From the NCBI GenBank assembly GCA_964016885.1, contig OZ024747.1:25296001-25360000 (forward strand): a stretch of 64,000 nucleotides of DNA. The letters run 5' to 3'. The stretch is from Eledone cirrhosa. Its lineage: Eukaryota. The position numbers and the translations under genes were made by a program. Positions within the stretch are counted from its first letter, which is position 1. Each line of letters begins with the position of its first letter. Under the pieces are notes generated by a model, which searched no databases, was not told the origin of the DNA, and saw only the letters and a program-made list of their open reading frames with translations. This document shows, one piece after another, positions 38,625 to 50,789 of this stretch.

Positions 38625-38799
38625 CCCTTTAGCATTTAAACCGGCCGTATCTGGCCAGAATTCTCTCACCTCTTTCAGATCTAACCGGCTGTAACTGGCC
38701 ACTCATACTTATGTTAAGGTATTGTTCTCAAAAATGAGAGGTAGAGCCTTTATCATGAAAATATAATAGTAAATATAGAGTAATGTAAATTCTAAAAGG
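38625..38799. mobile_element. piggyBac-like MITE, family A (internally deleted)
   Basis: ttaa|ccctttagcattta ... ttctaaaagg|ttaa. Confidence 0.8.
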
Positions 38800-39323
38800 T
38801 TAATACTACAAATTTTAACAATTTCTCTACTAGTAAAGATACTATAAACATCTGAATGAACAAAACACATTAACCGGAATCTCGAAAAATACAAAACAAC
38901 ACATTTTCAGAATGATCTGTCCACTAGCAAAGATACTATAAACATTTGAATTAAACCAGTTTTCAGATATTTTCCTCTAAACCATTGTAGGATGTTAAAA
39001 GTCAATTAACAACCACACATATGCAACACTATTTCTAGCATTATTGACTCTGCTTTTAAATATTTTCTGCTCAATCATTACAAGGGTTAATGGTATTTAT
39101 TTTATCAATGTTACACATCAACAGAAGTAATGTTGAAAGATAAAAATCAACAAAGGTAGGATTTAAAATAAAAAGAGAAAAAAAAACAAAAACATGAACC
39201 CTGAACTAAACGGTATTAAGTGATTCTCTTTTATTTACACCAGTTACAACATTGTAAATAACTTTAACTATTTTGATACCAAAACACTTGAAACTGGTAC
39301 TGGTTCTATGCTGTTTGTTTTAA

Positions 39324-39541
39324 CCCTTTAGCATTCACATTACACTATATATACTATTGTATTTTTGTAGTAAACACTTTATCTTACATAATTATCGCAC
39401 ATATCGAATCTATGAGATTTTGATGTTATTTATTTTGAAAACAATACCTTAACATCAGTATAAGCAGCCAGTTTCAACTGGTTTGAAGAGAAAGAGGTGA
39501 GACATTTCTAGCCGGATATGGCCGGTTTGAATGCTAAAGGG
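39324..39541. mobile_element. piggyBac-like MITE, family A
   Basis: ttaa|ccctttagcattca ... tgaatgctaaaggg|ttaa. Confidence 0.85.
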
Positions 39542-41599
39542 TTAAAGTGTTGATATTTATCATTAAACCTTCTATCATAATTTCATGTATGGAACTTTCA
39601 ACGTTATATTTTAAATTATGTTTCAAACACCAGCTAGTAATGATAGATACAGGACATACCAACAACAATAACAACTGCTAAAATATATCAAGGAGTCTCT
39701 ATGTAGTAACTTAACTTGTTAGAAATAGCAGCCAAATATCCCTCAACCTATAGCCTGTTGTCTACAAAAAGGACAAACAAGGGAATGCAGTCCTAGATAT
39801 ACAAAAATACTGATACTCATAACTGGAATGCTTTTCATCTGAGGTCTTAATTGATCAGGGCTGATCATGGGCTAAACCATAACAACATTTGCCAAATTAA
39901 TGGGTGTGTTTCAATGAACTTTCAAGAAACTTGGGAATTTTAGTAAACATTGATATAATTACAGGATCAAGGCTTTTTCTAATAGAAAGGAGTCTTCCAT
40001 TGGTATTTCTATTGCTAATTATCTCCTGGCAGATGGAAGCAGTATTTGAAATCAGAATGCAAAGAGCCAAATGAGATACCGCAAAGCATCCTGTTCCATT
40101 CTAACAATTTTCAGAATGCGATATCTGAAGTCAGAAATATATTTTCACTACACGATACTTTTATCATGTTAACCGCTAAAAATATACATAGGGAGTTTCT
40201 GTACTTTGTTTATATATAGTTTTTGAATTTTTACTATGATCACATTAACCTTTTGAAACCAAACCACCTGAAACTGCTCCTGATTCTATGGCACAGAACT
40301 GTTTATTTTAAATTTAAAATATATTTTATAAAAAAAAAAAAACCTTTCCTCATAATTTTATATAAGCACCTTTGTTAAATTATGCTTGAAACACCAGCTT
40401 AATGAAAAAGTTAATTATCTAACTAAATCCTTACAAATTCTTGATTATTTTCAAAATTATTTGAAAATGATAGGCAGTTTTTTTCATTAGATATATGATA
40501 ACGAAAAGGTTAAACTGAATAGAGACACATACTGAAGGGCACAACTGCAATTTCTGGATCAACAATCCAACAGTTTAACCATTCAGTTACATGTGTCATT
40601 AGAAAAAGTATATACTGTGCAATGCTCTCTTGTAATCTGCAGCAGGCAAGCAGGAAGTGACATGCCGAGCTAGCAACATTACCTACCTTCAGGAAGGCTC
40701 TAGCCTTGTGGACAACAAAATAACATTTCATGGTTATGTGTATCAAAATAAAATATTAATCACGAATAAAGGAAAAAAGAAAAAAAAAAGAAAGAAAATA
40801 AGAAAATATAACGAAAGAAGAAGAAACCATTTCTCTGATAGTCCTCATCTAGTTTTGGTTGACAAAGTTCACTTAGAATAACTAGTTTATATTCTGGCAG
40901 AAGACCCCCCTCCACTCTAATAGACCAGACTATCTGCTGGTCACAACACCAGGTAGAATGAGGTGGAATTTGAATGCACAACATGCATAAAACATTCTGT
41001 CTGACTCTTTAACAATTCCACCAATCCACCACACCTGGACTGGTACTTTATTGACACCAAAAGGATGAAAGGTAAAGTTGATCTCGACAGGATTTGATCA
41101 GCGAGAGCAGAGTGTTTGACCAAGTATTGAGGCATTTAATCCTGTACTTTTAATGATACTGCGAATTCACTGAGAAACTCAACTTACAGTTAATTGAAGG
41201 AATCAAAGGAAATAAAACATTGTTGTTATGACTCACACTTACATAGATTTAGCAAGCCTACTATAAGGTTATATTTCATATGAAGTTTCTTGGATGTTTT
41301 AATGATAGGGCTCCAGTCTTATTTAATTAAAAAGCATTACTACCAAAAATATAATACAAGTAAATCAAAAGACCAAGATTTGGGATTCACTTGTAGCATT
41401 GATATTACCAACATACAAATTATTGTGTGGTGTGACACTAAGTCCTTGGTGAAACCAAGTCTAAAACCACAACTGGAACTATTTTATGACCCATAATCTG
41501 TTAGTCCTTGTGTAAGGCATTAATGCTGCAATTTTTATTTTTAGGAAATCTGTAACTACATATTGATTTACAAAATCATCTATATTATTATTATTATTA

Positions 41600-42065
41600 T
41601 TATTGGCAAAATCAGAGTGTTGGACTATGTGCTTTGCAACATATAGTTATGGCCCTTTATATTCTGAGTTCAAATCCAGCTGAGGTTTAGTTTTGCCTTT
41701 CATCCTTACAAGGTTGATAAAATAAAGTACCAGTAATGTACTGGGGTCGACTTAATCGACTTTCTCCTTCCCTTCAAATTGTTGGCCTTGTGACTAATTC
41801 AGAAACAATTATTATAATTATTATTATTATTATTATTATTATATAAATGGTGGTGGATTGATAAAATCTTTAGAGTATCAAACAAACGGTTTATGGCATT
41901 TGTTTTGGCTCTTGATGTGCTGAATTCAAATCCTGCCAAGGTCAACTTTTGCCTTTCATACTTCGAGGGTCAATAAAATAAAGCACCAGTCATATACTAG
42001 GGGAGATGTAATCAAATTTCCTCTACCCAAAATTGTTGGCCTTATGCCCAAATTAAAAATCATTA
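41600..42065 (+). mobile_element. two tandem MetaSINE-like SINEs
   Basis: B box + ttgcctttcatcc core + (TTA)n tails. Further copies near 11.9, 33.7, 41.0, 45.65, 46.5 and 48.45 kb. Confidence 0.8.
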
Positions 42066-42511
42066 TTATTATTATTACATTTTTTTTCAAAATTGAGTTA
42101 AGAAATGGTTTCAATTTCTAACAATAGACTTGTATTAATACCTTTGTAGTTAGTTGACAATTTGACACAAACACAAACTGCCATGCTGGGTGTATGGAGA
42201 TTATTAAATATTAGTATGGGGTCTAATCTGACTGGCATCTATGCAGGCTTAGGTGCCAGTCACTCAAAGGTTTAGTGTTGTTGCCAAAAATATAGGGGTC
42301 TGACTATCAAGATGCACAACATCCAGTCTAGCTGAAGTTAATTTTTTTTTTTGAGTGGTGGTAGTGGTCTTATTGAGTAATAGAGATTTTAGAATATGTC
42401 TAATGTCTGTTTCCTCTAGACAGTATCTAGATTAGCCAGTGTAAAGAGATGTACATAGTGTGTACTATATATAAATAGATAATATATTATATATATATAT
42501 ATATAGATATA

Positions 42512-42688
42512 TATGAATGCATGCATGTATAGTATATTTGGCAATATACCGTATGTTTAATTAAAAACATTTTGAAGACCTTGCGCTACCATTTTAAAGT
42601 CACTACTTTAAAATGATAGCGCAAGGTCTTCAAAATATTTTAAATTTAACATACGGTATATTGCCAAATATACTATACATACATTCAT
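42512..42688. repeat. near-perfect palindrome (~80-bp arms, 4-nt loop)
   Basis: Arms meet at taaagt-cact-acttta. A single arm recurs at about 47853-47940. Confidence 0.9.
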
Positions 42689-42720
42689 GTATACATTGCT
42701 ATTTCAGAGCACCAATCCTA

Positions 42721-42777
<57 letters not shown>

Positions 42778-42846
42778 ATTTAAAAAAATTAAATATTCCA
42801 TGAATCCTCCCAAAGAAGTATTTTTAATAACATTCATTGATAAATG

Positions 42847-42881
<35 letters not shown>

Positions 42882-42924
42882 ACACACAGATTGAGGTTGA
42901 AAAGAAGGTGTTTATTAAGTTTAT

Positions 42925-43410
42925 TAACCTTTTTGTTACCATATTTCTAATGAAATACACTGCCTATAATTTTCAAATAATTTTGAAAATAATCAAGAAT
43001 TTGTAAATTTGGTGCTTGGAATATTATATGACAATGGTTCTTACATAAAATTATGATGAAATGTTTTTAGATGAATATAAACTCTTTAAAATAAACAGTT
43101 TAGAATCATGGAACCAGGAGTAGTTTTAAGTGGTTTGGTAATGGAAGGATTTCTGATTTCTTTTGTTAACCCTTTAAATACTAGATACCAAATCACTTGA
43201 AACTACTCCTCATTCTATGATACTAAGCTGCTTATTTTAAAGTGTTTATATTTATCTAAAAACTTTTGTTAAGTTATGTTTCAAACACCACCTTAATAAA
43301 AGGAACATTAGGTATATTACCAAACCTCTACAAATTCGTGATTATTATCAAAATGTTTACAAAATTATAGGTTGTGTCTTTCACCAGAAATATTGTCATA
43401 AAACTGTTCA
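42925..43410. mobile_element. AT-rich TTAA-flanked MITE family B (two opposed copies)
   Basis: Ends ttaaccttttgttaccatatttctaatgaaa and gatacc/aaccacttgaaact. The family recurs near 0.9-1.4, 12.8-13.3, 21.8-22.05, 30.8-31.6, 40.25-40.5 and 57.8-58.05 kb. Confidence 0.65.
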
Positions 43411-43763
43411 AGCTGTTAGTCTAGCTACCCTAATCCACCATACCATATTATTGTAACCTATTTATCAAAACTCAAGGGGATGAAATGTAAAGTTACAGGA
43501 TATATATAGAGAGCAAGAGTTAAACAGACAATAGATTGTTGGTAAATACTAATCAGTTTAGTTGGTGTTTAATGATATCACTTGAAAGTTCAATAACAAA
43601 AGCCCAGGACACAGACAGTTGATCAAATGAAGTATTTGGGTAGAAATTTGATATATTTATATATATATCTATCTTTATTGTGGAACAATGTGTAATAAGC
43701 TTTAGAACTTGACTCTTTTGTGATTCTATTTCTAATTAAATGAACTCTATTCCAATTAATTAA

Positions 43764-43935
43764 CTCTTAATATCCTGCACTGCACGAAACCACAATAGCA
43801 ATTAAAATGTTAAGTCTTTACTATAATTTACAGTAAATTTTCACAATCTCCCCACTATTAAAGCTACTATAAACATTTGAATTAACAAACATGGTTTTAG
43901 ATATTTTCTGTTAAAATATTACAGGATATTAAGAG
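43764..43935. mobile_element. TTAA-flanked MITE, family C (TIR CTCTTAATATCCTG)
   Basis: ttaa|ctcttaatatcctg ... caggatattaagag|ttaa. Related sequence near 13.7-14.2, 20.55-20.82, 27.8-28.2, 28.5-28.7, 31.6-31.8 and 38.55-39.0 kb. Confidence 0.8.
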
Positions 43936-45200
43936 TTAATGAAGACTTTTGAAGGATTTACTAAAATTACTAATTATTTCATTATTAAGGTAGTAACGAA
44001 ACATATGGTTCTTATATAAAACTATGTTGGAAGATTTAAATTTAAATAGGAATACTTTACACTAACCGAGCCTGTTTTGGCTGGGTTAGTATAAAAATTG
44101 TTAAATATGTGGTTCTGACAGAAAAAGGATTGGTTACTACAGTTGCACTGCTGTTATTGTTTGGCCCCAGGTCATTCTTGATCATGCAGCTCTATGAATA
44201 AAGTTACAACAAACTGAGCGATCATATTGAGGCTTCCTTGTTAGTTTGTATGGAACTGTTTGAGTGGTTATGACAAAATTTCCTTAGCTCAAGGTATCCT
44301 GTTAAGTAGTATCAGATTTTTCTACTGATAGCTATTGCTAGATACAAGAACGGATTAAACTACGATTCTAAAATAGATTTTAATTAGCATCCAGCCAAGA
44401 CTGTAGGTCAACCTAACAAATAGATGCAATGATATATGGATCATGATGAAGACACTGCTAAAGGATTTAAAGAAATCAATGCCTGAGTTTAATATTTAGG
44501 AGGAGGATTATTTGAGGTGTGATACACTGTGGTGGCCAGCAATTCATTTACTGTTGAAGGATATCTTGTAAGCCAGTAATACCATGGCAACAATCAATGA
44601 TGATTGGCTAAACAGATCTGTCTTCTTTGTCATTTTTTTTTCTTCAGTCATTTTACTGATTTTAGTCATTAGACTGAGACCATGTTGGGGCACCACATTG
44701 ATTTAGTGGATCACACCAACCCTAGTACTTTCTTTTAAAGGCTAGATCTTATTTTATAAAATTGATTTTGATTAACTGCTAAGTTAACATACCTAAATAC
44801 ACACATGGACAGACACATGTATATACATGATAGGCTTCAGATGTTTCTGTCTACCAAATACCACTTAGAAGGCATTGGTCAGCCCAAGATTATAGTAGAA
44901 AACACTTGCCCAAGGTGTCACACAGTGGGTCGAAATACTAAACCATGGGGTTGTGAAGTGAACTTCTTAATCACAGAGCAATGACTGCTGCTGTTGTTGT
45001 CAGTTCTGAGGCTTAAGAATAGGATTTTAATTGTTTATCTACACACATGCAGTTTCATGTACATGTGTGTGCGCGTGAGCACAGAGTATGAGTGTAATAA
45101 ATGTCACATAGTTTATACACTGTGTTTCAGCAGCACAATATAACGGAAAGGGGTAGGTATGTAATTGATAAAAACATAAAAGCCATATTATACCTACCTC

Positions 45201-45236
<36 letters not shown>

Positions 45237-45647
45237 GATAAGATACCATATACACTCACATATATTCATACAAAAACACATATATACACACATATTACAT
45301 ATATATAGATGTTAAAAAGTGATGATATATGCACACACACACACACGCGCGCACACATCCACATAAATAAACAAAGTAAAACAAAGAACAAACAAATCTT
45401 TCTCTACAAAGCATAAATGTTAAACAGCGAAACAGCCAGCAACAGTAAGGCTCTAAAATCGTAGCTGCATTTATTTTCATTTTCTTTTGCTTCCAGCATT
45501 TTAAATTCTTTTCTTTTAGTTTAACAGGGACTGCAGAGCTGTTTTGTGGTATTTGGGGTAGGGTGGAGTGGATGGCTAATGAAAAGAAACATGCGCGCAC
45601 ATACACAGACTATATATATTAATAATTATTATTATAATAATTATTAA

Positions 45648-45830
45648 AGGCGGTGGATTGGCAGTATTGGTAGACGGTCGGACACCATGCTTTGGAGCAT
45701 AGAGTTACCTCCCTGTATGATCTGAGTTCAAATCCCACCGAGGTTAACTTTGCCTTTCATCCTTACCAAAGTACCAGTAATGCACTGGGTAATTGCTGGC
45801 CTTGTGCCAAAAGTAGAAACAATTATTATA
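45648..45830 (+). mobile_element. MetaSINE-like SINE
   Basis: ggcggtggattggcagtattggtag ... gagttcaaatccc ... ccttgtgccaaaagtagaaac. Confidence 0.82.
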
Positions 45831-46485
45831 ATAATTATTATGAATAAACAATTTATGTAACATCAGCATCTTTCTTAATTTTATTCTTATATATATCATC
45901 ATCATCATCATCATTTTACGTCCACTTTTCCCTGCTTGCAATATATATGTTAAGTATTTCCGTAGAAAAGGTAAAGGGAAGAAGAGTGCTCTATGTATAG
46001 TACAGAGCTATTTAATTACATAATAAACATCACAATATAATTTTTCATCTGATGAATGGGCTAGACAATTCTTACAGAAACGTCCAGTTTCTTGAAAACT
46101 TTGGTAATGGAATAATTATATTGTGTTGTTTATTATGTAAATAAATATATATATATTCTATTTATCAATATATATTATATGGAATGTTCATGGTTTCATG
46201 ACCATGAAGACTGCAAATCAGAGCATATTATATTACAGATTAGGTGTAAATATAAGTTATAATCCCAGCAGAAGGACCTTTCCGTTTCAGCTCATTACTA
46301 AGCCTCTTCAGAGGTAAGGAACTTACCTACCCTTTGATGAAGATGAAGACTGATAATGAGCCAAATGTAAAGAGCTTTCCATTGGGACTCTACCTTATAT
46401 CTATCTATCTCTTTCTCTCTTGGAGATTTTGAAATACTAAATTCCAATTTTACACTGTAACTCACTATTATTATATATTTTTTAT

Positions 46486-46670
46486 GGTGGATTGGTAGTA
46501 TCGGTAGAGGGTCGGACGCCATGCTTTGACGCATTGAGTTACGGCCCTTGCTATTCTGAGTTTAAATCCCGCCGCGGTTAATTTTGCCTTTCATCCTTAC
46601 GGGGTCGATAAAATAAAGTACCAGTAATACACTGGGTAATTGCTGGCCTTGTGCCAAAAGTAGAAACAAT
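46486..46670 (+). mobile_element. MetaSINE-like SINE
   Basis: Same structure as 45648-45830, flanked by the direct repeat attatatattttttatgg. Confidence 0.82.
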
Positions 46671-47229
46671 TATATATTTTTTATGGAAAGTTTTTTTGGG
46701 GAAGGGCAGGTAACCCCATGTCTTGTGCTCTGCAGTCCCTGTGTGAGCACAACAAATCAATCGCTGGGAAGTAAAATACATAAACAACAACCATGACACA
46801 AAGAGAAAGATATCTAGTGGGTGGTAGGATGTTATTAAATGACTTGAAAGGGTTAAAGTAACGACCACTTGTTAAGTGTGTGGTAGTTGTTTGGCTGTAT
46901 ATTATTATATTATTTATATATACATATATATATATATATATACATATACTACTACCTTCAGGGAATTAATGCTGAACAAGAGCAACTCTATCGCATCTGC
47001 CTGTAAAAAGACAAACATTCACTTTGTTTTTGTTTTTTTAACTTGGTGGTACCAGACATAACAGATATAGAAGGGAGGGGAGAAGGTACCATAGACATAA
47101 CATAAGGGGAAGAGGTGGTACCATAGACATAACAAATATAGACAGAAGAAGTGGTACCATAGATATAATGGAAGAGGGGGGGGATGAAAATTAAAAGGTT
47201 GGGTGTGGCATTGGTTGGTGGAGTGTATT

Positions 47230-47445
47230 AGGAGAGTGAGAGAGAAGAGAAAGGGGAGAGAGGAGAACGAGAGGGGAGAGAGAAAGGAGGATGAAAGGAG
47301 GAGGAGGATGATGAGAGGAGGGAGAGAGGAAGACGAGAGGAGGGAGAGAGGAAGACGAGAGGAGGGAGAGAGGAAGACGAGAGGAGGGAGAGAGGAAGAT
47401 GAGAGGAGGGAGAGAAGGATGAGAGAGTAGGACGAGAGAGGAAGT
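47230..47445. repeat. purine-rich low-complexity repeat
   Basis: gagaggagggagagaggaagac units. Confidence 0.85.
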
Positions 47446-47937
47446 GAGTAGGCAATGGACATCAATTTTCTCATATCTTGGAAGACAAATATTCAGTGAA
47501 CATTAGAAGATTGGTGGCAAATCATGGTGGATTGGCGAGGGTTACTAAATAATCTAACATTATATATAACAGTTGGTTGACAAGATCCCAGACCTCATTC
47601 ACTTAACGAGTGGGGTAGAGCTTGTCAAATCTGACCGAGGAAACAATGTTTCCATTGGTCTTTCCAATTGCTAATACTATCTTCCTGTTGCAAATCCAGG
47701 CAGAAGGAGCAACGTGAAATAAAATGCTTTGCTCAAGGACATAATGCATCACCTAGTCCAGGAATTGAACTCACAATTGTGAATCCAATTCTCTAACCAC
47801 TTAGCCATGCGCCTTCACATAATATATATATATATGTATTTCGCCAAAACATAGTCACTACTTTAAAACTGATAGCGTATGGTCTTCTAAATGTTTTTAA
47901 TTAAACATGGTATATTGCCAAATATACTATACATACA

Positions 47938-47984
<47 letters not shown>

Positions 47985-48408
47985 TGAGAAGCTGAGCATT
48001 GATGCTCAAATTTTGAAATATATATATTTATTTAAACACGTAAGTTATCACCAATATATAAAAAAAGAAAGCTCTTCCCAGAAGACATAACAGCAACATG
48101 TCTGAACATCTGATTATAATACATTTAGCTGTCATTGACGGCTCATTCTTCACAATAATAGTCTCTAACACCCATTTCTCTATTTTATCCTTATTTAATT
48201 TCTTTCATAAGCAACATTACAACATTATGGGCTTTGTAAAGAGGAATAGGGACAGATGAAAGAAAAAAAAAAAAAAAATCACCAACAAAATATTTTCAAA
48301 ACAAGAAAAAGTGAACAGTTAATTTTAACAGGTTTAGTAATAAAATTTAACAGAAATTTTCAACAAACACTTCTTGAGCCGAACTTGTAAACTTATTATT
48401 ATCATTAC

Positions 48409-48446
<38 letters not shown>

Positions 48447-49369
48447 GGCAGTGGATTGGCAGAATCATTAGAGCATCAAACAAAATGCTTTGTGGTATTT
48501 AGTTATTGCCCTTCATATTTGAGTTCAAATCCTTTCATGGTTGATAAAAGTACCAGTTATGGACTGGAGTAGATTTAATTAACTCCCCCTGCCCAAAATG
48601 CTGACCATGTGCCTAAATCAGAGAGACTTATTTTTATTGATGCTGCATGCAGCATTTCTCAGTCATATCTTACAAAGCTGATTCTAATTTTTAGAATTTC
48701 TAGTTTTTATCCCCACTTTAGATTGACTTCATACTTTTATAAAAAAAAATATAATAATAATAATAATAATAATAATAGTATTAATAATAATATTTTCCTG
48801 AAAGTCTAGAATTGGTAAATTGGAAATTAAATCTGAAATGAAATTGTAGAGAAACAGGCAACTTTCAACAAATAAAACACTGAACAGTTTCTTCCTCCCA
48901 GATCAAATATTACTTGCTAACTTTCAGATGGTTAGAACTAAGAACCAAGTTCTTTGTCTTTTAATAGTTAGAACGAAGAAGCAAATCTCTTGGTTTGTAA
49001 GGACTGCATGATGTAGTCTACTTTTGACTGGACCTACCCAGCAACACAAATATACATAAAGAGAGTAAGTACTGCGTTGTATAGAGTTGGTTGGGCTTAT
49101 CCATAAAAAAAATGTACTGAGAGAGAGAGAGTAGGTAGCTAAACTATTTTAATTGTTAACATAGCAGTTAAATATTCTATTAACCATAGACCCAATCAAT
49201 GGACATTTCTAAAAATCTTGACTTCAAATGCTGTAGAAATGCCGGATAATTTCATTATACAGAATAAATATTTTGTTTGTTTAACCCTTTAGCATTTAAA
49301 CCGGTCGTATCCGGCTAGAATTCCATAAGTAAGGAAAGCGGAACATATTCTCCCACAATTCTGTTAGGG

Positions 49370-49930
49370 TGGCTAAAAGCTTTCAGTCCACCCTGTAAAG
49401 TGGTTATGCTGGGGACACAACAAAAGCCCTTAGTCCATCTAAGGTGTTCATGTTGGTGTCATGATAAAAGAGCACCTAACCCTCCCTGCAGGGTGATTGT
49501 GTTGGTGGTATGACAGGAGGCATCCAGCGCACTTTATAATGTAGTCGTGTTGGTGGCACGACAGAAGGCGCCTGGTTCATTTAGTCCTGTGGAGTAATCT
49601 GTTGGTAGTATGACATGATAATAATCACCCAGCCTACCCTATAATGTGGGCATGTTGGCGACACGACAAAATCTCCCAGCCCAACCCGTAGAGTGGTCAT
49701 GTTGAAAACAAAAGTGCCCAATCCACACGGTAAACTGGTTGTGTTGGTGACATGACAAAAGGCACCCAGCCTACACTGTAAATGTGGCTGGTGTTAGGAA
49801 GGGCATCCAGCTGCAAAAACCAAGCCAGAAATGATTCTATGTGAGCAAGATACAGTCATCTAATCTGACTTGTTTCACAACAAGACAACAACCCATGCTA
49901 GTGTAGAAAATGGATGTTAAATGATGATGA
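49370..49930 (+). mobile_element. RTE-type 3'UTR remnant with tandemly expanded ~50-bp subunits
   Basis: About 8 degenerate cccagcccacactgtaaagtgg..gttggtg units, then gttaggaagggcatccagctg and a (GAT)n tail. Confidence 0.75.
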
Positions 49931-50369
49931 ATGGGAAAACAAAAATCAGTGGATCAATTAGACTAGATGCCAATACTTTTAGTTATGTGCATTATTTATT
50001 AAACAAATAGAGAAGCACTTTGAATATAGAGCTAAACCTCACAAACCTACAACCCAATCTTCTTGATGTTCCCCATGCCCACCAAACCCATCCTTCCCAT
50101 TAAAAAATAAATCAAGCATTAAAGGTACATTTGCATTTATAGTTTACTGATTAACCTGGGACGAGCTGATAAACTCCGACCTCACACACTTACACCTCTC
50201 CAAGACAATGTCACTGGACCGAGACCTTTGGCGGTACTCAGTAATAGAGAAGACCCGCCTTACCTAAATACATAGTAAAACCTACTACAGTCAGTAGGCA
50301 TCTCTAACAAAATACACCCCCGTCCTACCACCCCCACCCCATCCACACCGCCCCCTTCTATGTAAAGTT

Positions 50370-50658
50370 ATGTTGGTGCCACACCATCCAGGCCGAAACA
50401 AATGAGATCGTGTAGGTGTCACGTAAAAAAAACACACAGTCCACGCTGTAATGTGGCCGTGTAGGCAACACGGTAAAAACCTCCCAGACCCACACTGTAA
50501 ATGTGGTTGGTGTTAGGAAGGGCATCCAGCTGTAGAAAACCTGCCAGACAGTCCTATGCGAGCAAGACAATCACTCTTGCCTCAAGTGGGAAAACCCCCG
50601 TCCAAACCCATGCAAGCGTGGAACACGGACGTTAAACGTTGATGATGATGATGATGAT
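50370..50658 (+). mobile_element. RTE-type 3'UTR remnant / RTE-tailed short element
   Basis: Similar to 8100-8370 and ends ggacgttaaacgtt(gat)n. Related remnants near 5.35, 10.1, 10.9, 17.25, 21.1 and 31.85 kb. Confidence 0.82.
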
Positions 50659-50789
50659 ATAAAACTTTGAAGCCAAGAATCATTATTCGGTTTCCTAAAT
50701 AGAATATTAGTCTACGACTCCATTTATACCATAGACATGGTTTTGTCTTTGCGTGTATTTGTTTTCATCGTTCCATATTATCATGTATT

